Source: Nitrosomonas europaea (lineage in GTDB: Bacteria > Pseudomonadota > Gammaproteobacteria > Burkholderiales > Nitrosomonadaceae). Taken from it: a DNA stretch of 32,000 bases. Shown piece by piece: positions 23,648 to 32,000 of the stretch. The notes below the pieces were generated by a model. It was not told the origin of the DNA. It saw only the letters and a list, made by a program, of their open reading frames with translations, and made no database searches. How positions within the stretch are numbered: the first letter of the stretch is position 1; each line of letters opens with the position of its first letter. Where the stretch lies: the NCBI RefSeq assembly GCF_900167395.1, contig NZ_FUWK01000031.1, positions 1 through 32,000 on the forward strand, given 5' to 3'. Position numbers and translations under genes: made by a program.

Positions 23648-25711
23648 ATGATCAGAAAACCGCTGGCGGTTGCGATGGTGGGTGTGCTGGCGGGCATGAC
23701 ATCGGTATGGGCGCAGGCAGAAAGTAAAAAGGAACCGGTGCAACTGGAAACAATCGAGGTCGTGGCATCCGGGCAGGGGTCGCTTACGGTTCCAACGCTG
23801 GTTGAGGCGCAGCATGAAATGCGCAAAATCCCGGGCGGAGCAAATATCATCGACAGCGAATCTTATGCCAATGGCCGGGGTTCGACACTGCAGGATGCGC
23901 TGGGGTATTCGCCGGGAGTGTTTGTTCAATCCCGTTTCGGTGCCGAGGAAGCGCGTCTGTCAATTCGCGGTTCCGGCATCCAGCGTTTCTTTCACTTGCG
24001 CGGCATCAAGATTCTGCAGGATGGTTCGCGGGTGAATCTGGCTGATGGTGGCGCGGATTTTCAGGTGATCGAGCCACTGGCAGCACGCTATATCGAAGTT
24101 TATCGGGGTGCCAATGCATTGCAGTATGGATCGACCACGCTGGGTGGTGCGATCAATTTCGTCACGCCCACCGGCTACGATGCTGAACGTTTCCGCGCAC
24201 GTGGTGAGGCAGGCAGCTTTGGTTATAACCGCCTGATGCTTTCTTCCGGTGGTGTGCATGGTTCTCTGGATTATTTTGCCAGTGTTTCCCGCTACAGTCA
24301 GGATGGTTTCCGTGACTGGTCGGAGCAGGAAAACTGGCGCATGTTCAGCAATGCCGGGTATCGAATCACGCCCGATCTGGAAACCCGTTTTTACCTGACC
24401 TATACCAAAACCAATTCACAATTGCCAGGCGAGCTGACCAAAGCAGAACTGAAAGACAACCCGAAGCAGGCAAATTTCTTTAACAGCAATATAGCGCGGT
24501 ACAAGCGGGATTTTGATTTGATCCGCGTGGCCAATCGTACTGTGATGAAATTGGGTGAGGCCCAGCAACTGGAATTTTCCGCATTCTATGCGCATAAAAA
24601 AGTATGGCACCCGATTTATGTGGTGATGGAGCAGCCTTCGCATGATTACGGCCTTGGGTTGCGCTATATCAACGAAATGCCGATTGCCGGCTGGCGTAAC
24701 CGGTTTGTGGCCGGTTTCGAGCCAAGCTGGGGCAAGGTGATGGATAACCAGTTCGTTAATATCAATGGTGAGGCTGGTCCGCGAATTCACAAATATGATC
24801 AGGATGTCAGCAGTTATACGGTGTATGGAGAGAATCAGTTTTACCTGCTGCCGGAACTTGCACTGGTGGTGGGTGCCCAGTACACCAACATGACACTCAA
24901 ACAGAAAGATCTGCATACGGGTGATCCGCGGCAGAAGAAAAACTACGAACGCTTCACCCCCAAGGCAGGACTCATCTATGACCTGAATCCGGAAATTCAA
25001 TTCTTCACCAACGTCAGTACCAGTTTCGAGCCACCCAGTTTTTCCGAGCTGGCCAGTTGGCAGGCGACACCGGTACTGGCCAGTGCCCAGCGCGCACTGA
25101 CCTTCGAAGTGGGAAGCCGGGGCCGTTTTGGTATCGCCGAATGGGATGTTGCATTTTATCGCTCACATGTGCGCAATGAATTGCTTGCCCGCGTGGATCC
25201 AGTGTCCCGTTTCCCGATAGGAATGGTCAATGCGGATAAAACCGTGCATCAGGGAGTGGAATTGGGTCTGGATATGGAACTGGCAAAAATGCTTTACCTG
25301 CGCCAGATGTATACATTCAGCGATTTCAAGTTTGATGGCGACCCGCTTTTCGGAAACAACCAGCTGGCCGGTATTCCGCGCCATTTCTACAAGGCGGAGC
25401 TGCTCTATCGCCATCCTGCCGGCTATTATGCCGGTCCGAACGTGGAATGGTCACCCGAGAAGTATTATGTGGATCATGCCAATACGTTGTCTGTCGATAC
25501 CTATGCGCTGCTTGGATTCAAGCTGGGTAAGCGCAACAAAACCGGCTTTTCCTGGTTTGTCGAGGGGCGTAACCTGACTAACCAGAAATATGCGGCGACG
25601 GTTTCCGTAACCGACATCGCGGGGGTTGGTGCCTTTGGTGGCGCAAACTCGGCCTTGTTCTTCCCGGGAGATGGCCGCTCCTTCTTTGCTGGTCTGGAGT
25701 ATCGGATGTAG
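23648..25711 (+). CDS. TonB-dependent outer-membrane receptor (tandem paralog 1); alternative upstream in-frame ATG at 23588
   Basis: GGGGA SD upstream of the ATG at 23648, giving the signal peptide MIRKPLAVAMVGVLAGMTSVWAQA. Plug motifs LETIEVV, LSIRGSG, RGIKILQDG, EVYRGANALQYGSTTLGGAINFV. Barrel ends GLEYRM. Confidence 0.9.
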   Translation: MIRKPLAVAMVGVLAGMTSVWAQAESKKEPVQLETIEVVASGQGSLTVPTLVEAQHEMRKIPGGANIIDSESYANGRGSTLQDALGYSPGVFVQSRFGAEEARLSIRGSGIQRFFHLRGIKILQDGSRVNLADGGADFQVIEPLAARYIEVYRGANALQYGSTTLGGAINFVTPTGYDAERFRARGEAGSFGYNRLMLSSGGVHGSLDYFASVSRYSQDGFRDWSEQENWRMFSNAGYRITPDLETRFYLTYTKTNSQLPGELTKAELKDNPKQANFFNSNIARYKRDFDLIRVANRTVMKLGEAQQLEFSAFYAHKKVWHPIYVVMEQPSHDYGLGLRYINEMPIAGWRNRFVAGFEPSWGKVMDNQFVNINGEAGPRIHKYDQDVSSYTVYGENQFYLLPELALVVGAQYTNMTLKQKDLHTGDPRQKKNYERFTPKAGLIYDLNPEIQFFTNVSTSFEPPSFSELASWQATPVLASAQRALTFEVGSRGRFGIAEWDVAFYRSHVRNELLARVDPVSRFPIGMVNADKTVHQGVELGLDMELAKMLYLRQMYTFSDFKFDGDPLFGNNQLAGIPRHFYKAELLYRHPAGYYAGPNVEWSPEKYYVDHANTLSVDTYALLGFKLGKRNKTGFSWFVEGRNLTNQKYAATVSVTDIAGVGAFGGANSALFFPGDGRSFFAGLEYRM

Positions 25712-25731
25712 GCGCATAAAATAGATCAAGG

Positions 25732-25759
25732 CGGCATACCCCGGTAATGAGGTATGCCG
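25732..25759 (+). terminator. possible terminator hairpin after TBDR paralog 1 (no U tract)
   Basis: CGGCATACC-N10-GGTATGCCG begins 20 nt after the stop codon. No T run follows it. Confidence 0.3.
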
Positions 25760-25847
25760 GGAAACCGAATAAAATGGTATTCCCTAGCTTTTTTTGCTGA
25801 TCCGAATTTCGAATTAACCCGTTAATCCGTTTGTTTTTTCTTCAAGG

Positions 25848-25864
25848 TGCGACAATTTGTCGCA
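25848..25864 (+). promoter_or_regulatory. 17-bp perfect palindromic operator TGCGACAA-T-TTGTCGCA (copy 3 of 3)
   Basis: Immediately followed by TTGTGA (25865-70), a 17-nt spacer and TAAGAT (25888-93), upstream of TBDR paralog 2. Confidence 0.6.
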
Positions 25865-25998
25865 TTGTGATGTCATTCTGCCAGGCTTAAGATTGGCAGC
25901 GTGCAGTAATTGCCAATACTAATAATTCCAGAGGGAAGAAAATGAAGGAAAAGAAGGTTAAACAAGCTGGGCTTTATGAGTCATCGGGTGGAGAAATC

Positions 25999-28068
25999 AT
26001 GGCCCGGAAGCCGCTTGTCATTGTGCTGGCAGGTGTATTGGCAGCTATGGCAGCGCCATTGGCGCAAGCTCATGAGGTTGACGAGCCAGTACAGCTTGAA
26101 ACAATAAAAGTGACTACATCTAAGGATGATTTACCTCTTACTGTGCCAAGTCTGCCGGAAGTGCAACAGAAAATGCGTCAGATTCCAGGGGGCGCGAATG
26201 TGATTGACAGCGAATCTTATGCTACCGGCCGTGCCTCGACGTTGCAGGATGCATTGGGTTATTCACCGGGTGTGTTTGTTCAACCTCGTTTTGGTGCTGA
26301 AGAAGCACGCCTGTCAATTCGTGGTTCCGGTATTCAGCGTACTTTCCATATGCGCGGTATCAAACTGTTGCAGGATGGCTCCCGGCTGAATCTGGCCGAT
26401 GGCGGAGGGGATTTTCAGGCAATCGAGCCGCTGGCCGCACGCTATATCGAGGTATACCGGGGAGGTAATGCGCTGCAGTTTGGATCGACCACACTGGGTG
26501 GTGCGATCAATTTCGTTACCCCTACCGGTTATGATGCCGAACGTTTCCGTGCGCGTGGTGAGGCAGGCAGTTTTGGTTATAACCGTCTGATGCTCTCTTC
26601 CGGCGGTGTGCATGGCTCGCTGGATTATTTTGCCAGCGTTTCCCGCTACAGCCAGGATGGTTTCCGTGACTGGTCAGAGCAGGAAAACTGGCGCATGTTC
26701 AGTAATGTGGGTTATCGCGTCAACTCCGATCTGGAAACCCGTTTTTATCTCACTTATACCAAAACTGATTCACAATTGCCGGGTAACCTGACCAAGGCAC
26801 AGTTGAGAGCCAATCCCAAACAAGCGAATGCGGTTAGTCTGGCTGGTCGGCAGAAGCGGGATTTTGATCTGATCCGGGTGGCCAATCGCACTGTGCTTAA
26901 GCTGGGAAATAGCCAGCAACTGGAATTCTCCGCATTCTATTCACACAAGAAGTTGTGGCATCCGATCTTTCAGGTGCTGGATCAGCCATCGCATGATTAT
27001 GGCCTGGGGTTGCGCTATATAAATGAGATGCCGATTGCTGGCTGGCGCAACCGTTTTGTAGTTGGTTTCGAGCCGAGCTGGGGCACTGTTATGGATAATC
27101 GCTTCTTCAATAATGGTGGTAGAGCGGGTGCACGTACAGCCAAGTTTGATCAGAGTGCCAGCACTTATGACGTTTATGCGGAAGATCAGCTGTACGTATT
27201 GCCAGAACTGTCACTGGTTGTGGGTGCGCAGTACAGTTATACGACACGTAAACAAAAGGATCTGTTTGGAGCAGGCGCCCAGGATAGAAGCAAGAACTAC
27301 CAGCGCTTCACTCCCAAAGCAGGATTGATTTATGAGCTGAATCCGCATATTCAGTTTTTCAGTAACGTCAGTACCAGTTTTGAGCCTCCCAGTTTTTCCG
27401 AACTGACTGCCGGGCCGGTGGTTGCTCCGGTATTTGCAAAAGCTCAACGTGCGATCACATTTGAAGTTGGTAGCCGAGGTCATTTCGGTATAGCCGAATG
27501 GGATGTGGCGCTGTATCGGGCGCATGTACGTAATGAGTTGCTTGCCCGAGTGGATCCTATTACCAGTTCTTCACTGGGTACGGTCAATGCGGATAAAACA
27601 GTGCATCAGGGGGTTGAACTGGGCCTTGATATCGAGCTGGTGAAAATGTTCTATTTGCGCCAGATGTACCTGTTCAATGATTTCAAATTCGATGGGGATG
27701 CTTCTTTCGGTAATAATCAGTTAGCCGGCATCCCACGTCATTTCTACAAAGCGGAACTGACTTACCGTCATGCTGATGGATACTACGCCGGTCCGAATGT
27801 AGAATGGTCACCTCAGAAATACTATGTGGACCATGCCAATACGGTATATGCCAATTCCTATGCGCTGCTGGGTTTCAAAATCGGTAAACGGAGTAAGAGT
27901 GGATTTTCCTGGTTTGCAGAGGCACGTAACCTGACTGATCAGAAATACGCAGCTACTACAGGCGTAACAGATGTGGTTAAGTACAATAATGCGGGTGTTC
28001 TTCAGGATCAATTTTTCCTTCCAGGAGATGGACGCTCTTTCTTCGCGGGTCTCGAATATCGGATGTAG
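25999..28068 (+). CDS. TonB-dependent outer-membrane receptor (tandem paralog 2); alternative upstream in-frame ATG at 25942
   Basis: GGAGA SD upstream of the ATG at 25999, giving the signal peptide MARKPLVIVLAGVLAAMAAPLAQA. Collinear with and highly similar to the 23648-25711 product. Ends GLEYRM. Confidence 0.9.
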   Translation: MARKPLVIVLAGVLAAMAAPLAQAHEVDEPVQLETIKVTTSKDDLPLTVPSLPEVQQKMRQIPGGANVIDSESYATGRASTLQDALGYSPGVFVQPRFGAEEARLSIRGSGIQRTFHMRGIKLLQDGSRLNLADGGGDFQAIEPLAARYIEVYRGGNALQFGSTTLGGAINFVTPTGYDAERFRARGEAGSFGYNRLMLSSGGVHGSLDYFASVSRYSQDGFRDWSEQENWRMFSNVGYRVNSDLETRFYLTYTKTDSQLPGNLTKAQLRANPKQANAVSLAGRQKRDFDLIRVANRTVLKLGNSQQLEFSAFYSHKKLWHPIFQVLDQPSHDYGLGLRYINEMPIAGWRNRFVVGFEPSWGTVMDNRFFNNGGRAGARTAKFDQSASTYDVYAEDQLYVLPELSLVVGAQYSYTTRKQKDLFGAGAQDRSKNYQRFTPKAGLIYELNPHIQFFSNVSTSFEPPSFSELTAGPVVAPVFAKAQRAITFEVGSRGHFGIAEWDVALYRAHVRNELLARVDPITSSSLGTVNADKTVHQGVELGLDIELVKMFYLRQMYLFNDFKFDGDASFGNNQLAGIPRHFYKAELTYRHADGYYAGPNVEWSPQKYYVDHANTVYANSYALLGFKIGKRSKSGFSWFAEARNLTDQKYAATTGVTDVVKYNNAGVLQDQFFLPGDGRSFFAGLEYRM

Positions 28069-28145
28069 AAATAATGATGGGAGTGGTGAGCTCATAAACA
28101 AGCCATCTTCAGGTTTGATTGGCGATTAATTTCAAGGGATCGACG

Positions 28146-29384
28146 ATGTCAGTAAAACATTTCATTACAGCCGTTTCACTTGCTATGGTTTCCACAGTAA
28201 TTCCCCTGACCGTGACTGCTGAACAACATGCGCATGATGCTAAATCAGCAAAGCCCGGCCATGATATGAATAAAATGTGGGCGGAAATGCGCACAAGAGC
28301 AGTCGGCATGGCTGTTTCCGTAGCGGCTGATGAAAAAGGGAAATTGTGGCTGGTTCGTATGCAGGATGGCCATATCCGGGTAAGTCATTCGGAAGATGGC
28401 GGCAAGCATTTTTCTGAAGGTGTAACGGTAAACCCGCAACCTGAAGCGATTCTTGCAGAAAACCAGAACCGGCCGAAGATCGCGGTGCGTAACGGGGTGA
28501 TCGCAGTAACCTGGGTACAGGCGCTGCCGAAGGTGTTTGCCGGGAATATCCGCTTTGCCCGTTCTGTCGATGGTGGTCGTACTTTTTCCGAGCCGGTAAC
28601 TGTGAACGATGATCAGGGCGAAATCAGCCATGGTTTCAGTGCCTTGACACTGGGTGACAATGGCCGTGTGACATTGACCTGGTTCGACGGGCGTGAACGT
28701 GATGCAGCTGATAAGGGTGGGCAGAAGTATGTTGGCACCACGGTTTACTATGCAACGTCGGAAGACGGCGGAGCGAGTTTTTCTGCGAATCGCAAGTTGG
28801 CTGACCATGCCTGCGAATGCTGCAGAATCGGCATGACGCTCGATTCTGATGGGGTACCGGTTGTGTTCTGGCGGCATGTGTTCGAGGGCAGCATGCGTGA
28901 TTTCGCGCTGGCACGGCTGGATTCGCAACCCAAGGTGTTGCGGGCCAGTGAGGATGGTTGGGAAATCAATGCCTGTCCTCATCATGGCGGCGACATTGCA
29001 GTGGATGAAGCCGGTAGCCGCCATCTGGCGTGGTTTACCGGGAATCCGCAGAATCCCGGATTGTTTTACCGGCGTGCTGACGGTGAGAATATGACCGCAC
29101 CGCACGCATTTGGTGACCTTGATTTTCAGCCGGGTTACCCAGCTGTATTTGCGTATGGAAAGAAGGTTTATCTGGTCTGGCGCGAATTTGATGGCAATAA
29201 TTATCAATTGATGGCCTCCGTTTCGGCTGATCGTGGCGATACCTGGTCAGCAGCTCGTGCTGTGGCAACGACCGGTGGTGCAGCCGACCTGCCAGTATTT
29301 GTAGTCGGTGCACAGAAACCACTCGTCGTGTGGAACAGTGCCAGAGATGGAGTGCGCTTCTTTAATGCAGAGGGGGATTTATGA
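28146..29384 (+). CDS. secreted BNR/Asp-box repeat beta-propeller protein with the CxCC...CPH motif (paralog of 17070-18311)
   Basis: Starts MSVKHFITAVSLAMVSTVIPLTVTA at the ATG at 28146 (the track start at 28119 is a TTG). Asp boxes SEDGGKHF, SVDGGRTF, SEDGGASF, SADRGDTW. HACECCR and NACPHHGG. Confidence 0.8.
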   Translation: MSVKHFITAVSLAMVSTVIPLTVTAEQHAHDAKSAKPGHDMNKMWAEMRTRAVGMAVSVAADEKGKLWLVRMQDGHIRVSHSEDGGKHFSEGVTVNPQPEAILAENQNRPKIAVRNGVIAVTWVQALPKVFAGNIRFARSVDGGRTFSEPVTVNDDQGEISHGFSALTLGDNGRVTLTWFDGRERDAADKGGQKYVGTTVYYATSEDGGASFSANRKLADHACECCRIGMTLDSDGVPVVFWRHVFEGSMRDFALARLDSQPKVLRASEDGWEINACPHHGGDIAVDEAGSRHLAWFTGNPQNPGLFYRRADGENMTAPHAFGDLDFQPGYPAVFAYGKKVYLVWREFDGNNYQLMASVSADRGDTWSAARAVATTGGAADLPVFVVGAQKPLVVWNSARDGVRFFNAEGDL

Positions 29385-29878
29385 TGCGTCGTTTACTGTT
29401 TATCTGGCTGTTGACGATAGCCGGGGTTGCATCGGCGACCGAGGGTGTACGTCCGTTTGTACTCGGAAGTATGACGCAGATTCAGGAAGAGCATGCAGGC
29501 AAACCTTTCGTACTGTTTCTCTGGTCGCTGACATGTACTTACTGTCCAACTGAACTGAAAATGCTTGGTGAATTCAAGCAGCAGCATCCTGATCTGAATC
29601 TGGTGCTGATTGCGGCGGATACGCCGGATGATGAGCCGGAGATCGTTTCTCATCTTGCTGATTACGGGTTGAACAAGGTCGAGCGGTGGGTGTTTGCCGA
29701 GGATATGCCGGAACGCCTGCGTTTTGAGATCGACCGGCGCTGGTATGGCGAGGTGCCGCGCACCTATTTTTATGATCAGAGCCATCAGCGTGAAGCCAAG
29801 ACCGGGCTGGTCGGCCAGGAATATGTCAAGAGTTGGCTGGCGCGTGTCGGTATGGATGCTTCGTCCGCAAGCAAGTGA
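29381..29878 (+). CDS. periplasmic thioredoxin-fold thiol:disulfide oxidoreductase (TlpA/ResA-like)
   Basis: Signal peptide MMRRLLFIWLLTIAGVASA. WSLTCTYCP CxxC active site (29534-29545). ATGA overlap with the propeller gene stop. Confidence 0.8.
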   Translation: MMRRLLFIWLLTIAGVASATEGVRPFVLGSMTQIQEEHAGKPFVLFLWSLTCTYCPTELKMLGEFKQQHPDLNLVLIAADTPDDEPEIVSHLADYGLNKVERWVFAEDMPERLRFEIDRRWYGEVPRTYFYDQSHQREAKTGLVGQEYVKSWLARVGMDASSASK

Positions 29879-29961
29879 CCTTCCAGATTTCCTCTGAAAA
29901 TAATACGTTTCCACACTTTTTCAGGCAGATCGAACACTCGTTCAGGCTGATCTGCCTTCAC

Positions 29962-30003
29962 TCAGCCGGTGGATAAAGAGTATCTCCGGCTGATTTATCT
30001 TTT
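29962..30003 (+). terminator. candidate rho-independent terminator after the thioredoxin-like gene
   Basis: TCAGCCGG-N16-CCGGCTGA (29962-29993) followed by TTTATCTTTTT. Confidence 0.5.
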
Positions 30004-30205
30004 TCCACCAGGCAAATCGTATCTGTTTGCTACTGCACAGGAACATGTGAGCAACCCGTGAGGCATGGTCGAGCCGCATGATCAGTTCCGGTAGTAACAG
30101 CTTGCTCTTTGGGGTTCATGCTTGTAATCTTTTTAACAGGATTGATCCTGCTCTTGTTGTGAGCAGGTAGTATTTGCCCTGAAATCTGATCACGCAGGAG
30201 GTATC

Positions 30206-32000
30206 TTGAGCAATCCATTCATCGTAAGAAAGGCTGCAGTACTGGGAGCGGGGGTCATGGGTGCGCAAATTGCCGCACATCTGGTCAATGCCGGCATAGA
30301 GACTTTACTGTTCGAACTGCCGGCCGAATCTGGAAATCCCGATGCCAATGTACTGAAAGCGATCGAGAAACTGAAGAAACAGGAACCAGCACCTTTGTCG
30401 GTGATCGACCGGGCAAACTGTATCGAACCGGCCACTTACGATCAGCATCTGGAAAAATTGAGGGACTGTGATCTTGTGATCGAAGCGATTGCCGAACGGC
30501 TGGAGCTGAAATCGGAACTATACGAGAAAATTGCTACTTATCTGCATGACCAGGCTGTTTTAGCCAGCAATACTTCCGGCCTTTCCATCAATCAGCTGGC
30601 CGCGGTTATTCCTGAGGCCTTGCAACCACGTTTCTGCGGTATCCATTTTTTCAATCCACCCCGTTACATGTATCTGGTGGAGTTGATCCCGAGCGCGCAA
30701 AGCGATGCAGCGGTACTCGATGCGCTGGAGAGCTTTCTGGTGACCAGTCTGGGTAAAGGGATCATTCGTGCCAAGGATACTCCCAACTTCATTGCCAACC
30801 GGATCGGGGTTTTTTCCATGTTGGCGACCATGCATCATGCCCGGCAGTTTGGCCTGGCGTTCGATCTGGTAGATAAACTTACCGGTGTGCTGATCGGCCG
30901 GCCGAAAAGTGCCACATTCCGTACTGCTGATCTGGTCGGGCTGGATGTGTTGGCGCATGTCGTGCAAACCATGCAGAACGGCCTTGCGGAGGATCCCTGG
31001 CATATTTACTACATTATTCCCGACTGGTTGCAGAAACTGGTCGATCATGGTGCGCTCGGGCAGAAGAGTGGCAAAGGGGTGTATCAGAAACAGGGTAAGG
31101 ACATCCATGTATTGAATCCGGCCACAGATACGTATGAGCCGGCACAGAACGAAGTGGACGACGAAATCGAGGCACTGCTGAAGCAGAAAGATCCTGTGGC
31201 CCGATTTACTGCGCTGCATGATCATTCGCACCCACAGGCCCAATTTTTATGGGCGATTCACCGGGATCTGTTCCACTACTGTGCGATACATCTCGCGGCG
31301 ATCGCCGATAATGCGCGTGATCTCGACCTGGCGATACGCTGGGGATTCGGCTGGGAACGAGGTCCTTTCGAGATATGGCAGGCAGCAGGGTGGAATACGG
31401 TTGCCGGCTGGATAGAGGCGGATATTGCTGCCGGCAAGGCCATGGCTGAAATACCCTTGCCAGCCTGGGTGCAGACAGTCGGGCAGAGTACTATCCAGGG
31501 AGTACATACGCAGGAAGGTTCTTATGCTCCGATAACGGAAAGCTGGCAACCACGTTCGCAGTTGCCAGTGTACCGGCGTCAGCTTTTTCCCGACAGGCTA
31601 GTGGGCGAGGAAATCGTTTATGGTGAAACGGTTTTTGAAACGGATGCATTACGTATGTGGCATACCGGGGACCAGGTTGCCATCGTCAGTTTCAAGACCA
31701 AAAAACATACGATTGACAATCTGGTACTGCAAGGAATGCAGCAGGCCATTACCGAGGCTGAACATCATTTTCGTGCACTGGTGATCTGGCAGACCGAACC
31801 GCCGTTTTCACTGGGTGCCAACCTGAAAAAGGCAACCGAGCGGCCCAAAACTGAAGCACCACCCGCACCACCAGCTCCTCCTTCAGCATTCGAGAAATTC
31901 ATCAAACAGATCAGGGGCGCTACCCAGTCGGCTATCTTGCAGGCAGCTCGCAGTCTGGATGTGGCTGATATGCTGATGGCCGGGAAGCTGGCTGAAGTGG
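30206..32000 (+). CDS. 3-hydroxyacyl-CoA dehydrogenase / enoyl-CoA hydratase fusion (FadN-like); 3' end off-window
   Basis: Open frame with no stop from the TTG at 30206 (AGGAGG 5 nt upstream) to the window edge. Absent from the ORF track. N-terminal Rossmann motif AAVLGAGVMGAQIAAH, then NTSGLSI and HFFNPPRYMYLVELI (HADH). Later VIWQTEPPFSLGANL (crotonase-like). Confidence 0.9.
   Translation, partial: MSNPFIVRKAAVLGAGVMGAQIAAHLVNAGIETLLFELPAESGNPDANVLKAIEKLKKQEPAPLSVIDRANCIEPATYDQHLEKLRDCDLVIEAIAERLELKSELYEKIATYLHDQAVLASNTSGLSINQLAAVIPEALQPRFCGIHFFNPPRYMYLVELIPSAQSDAAVLDALESFLVTSLGKGIIRAKDTPNFIANRIGVFSMLATMHHARQFGLAFDLVDKLTGVLIGRPKSATFRTADLVGLDVLAHVVQTMQNGLAEDPWHIYYIIPDWLQKLVDHGALGQKSGKGVYQKQGKDIHVLNPATDTYEPAQNEVDDEIEALLKQKDPVARFTALHDHSHPQAQFLWAIHRDLFHYCAIHLAAIADNARDLDLAIRWGFGWERGPFEIWQAAGWNTVAGWIEADIAAGKAMAEIPLPAWVQTVGQSTIQGVHTQEGSYAPITESWQPRSQLPVYRRQLFPDRLVGEEIVYGETVFETDALRMWHTGDQVAIVSFKTKKHTIDNLVLQGMQQAITEAEHHFRALVIWQTEPPFSLGANLKKATERPKTEAPPAPPAPPSAFEKFIKQIRGATQSAILQAARSLDVADMLMAGKLAEV

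Noticed and set aside
23588-28068. Large direct repeat considered as a CRISPR-like or satellite array
   Set aside because: It has only two units of about 2.35 kb, each a full-length coding gene with its own promoter. It is a tandem gene duplication, not a CRISPR array or satellite. No short regularly spaced repeats were seen anywhere in the window.
28245-29207. 320-aa minus-strand ORF opposite the second BNR-propeller gene, plus nested ORFs at 28636-28914, 28748-28969 and 29035-29322
   Set aside because: The forward frame carries Asp-box repeats and is conserved with the paralog at 17070-18311. The antisense frames have no such support.

Overview
This is a chromosomal segment of about 50% GC. 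Its gene content resembles a betaproteobacterium, possibly Nitrosomonadaceae-like, but that is an unverified impression.

Layout, left to right:
1. The 3' part of an IS5-family insertion sequence whose transposase frame is broken in a G5 run. It abuts an AT-richer islet of three small orphan ORFs, two of them membrane proteins.
2. A translationally coupled beta-oxidation pair on the minus strand (FadE-type acyl-CoA dehydrogenase, then a long-chain acyl-CoA ligase).
3. A pirin-DoxX operon with a divergent LysR regulator.
4. About 20 kb dominated by outer-membrane metal and heme acquisition genes.
5. A 3-hydroxyacyl-CoA dehydrogenase/enoyl-CoA hydratase ORF that runs off the right edge. It is missing from the supplied ORF track.

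The acquisition block has three parts:
- A six-gene minus-strand array: DUF2325-like coiled-coil protein, secreted multi-CbiX-like protein, FRAP/NPNL heme TonB-dependent receptor (TBDR), HemP, a second DUF2325-like protein, and a ceruloplasmin-like two-domain multicopper oxidase. It carries Fur-box-like sites.
- Two loci that each pair a secreted BNR/Asp-box beta-propeller with TBDRs. The propellers carry a conserved CxCC...CPH cysteine/histidine motif. One locus also has a periplasmic CxxC thioredoxin-like protein.
- A MntA/HepT toxin-antitoxin pair with a frameshifted toxin, and an M18 aminopeptidase, lying between the two propeller loci.

The most interesting signal is a 17-bp palindrome, TGCGACAA-T-TTGTCGCA. 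It occurs three times, each time directly abutting a weak -35 hexamer upstream of a propeller or TBDR gene. I could not match it to any operator I know. I propose the propeller + TBDR (+ thioredoxin) genes and this operator as a candidate undescribed uptake system and regulon.

All family assignments rest on motif recognition by eye and need HMM or BLAST confirmation.
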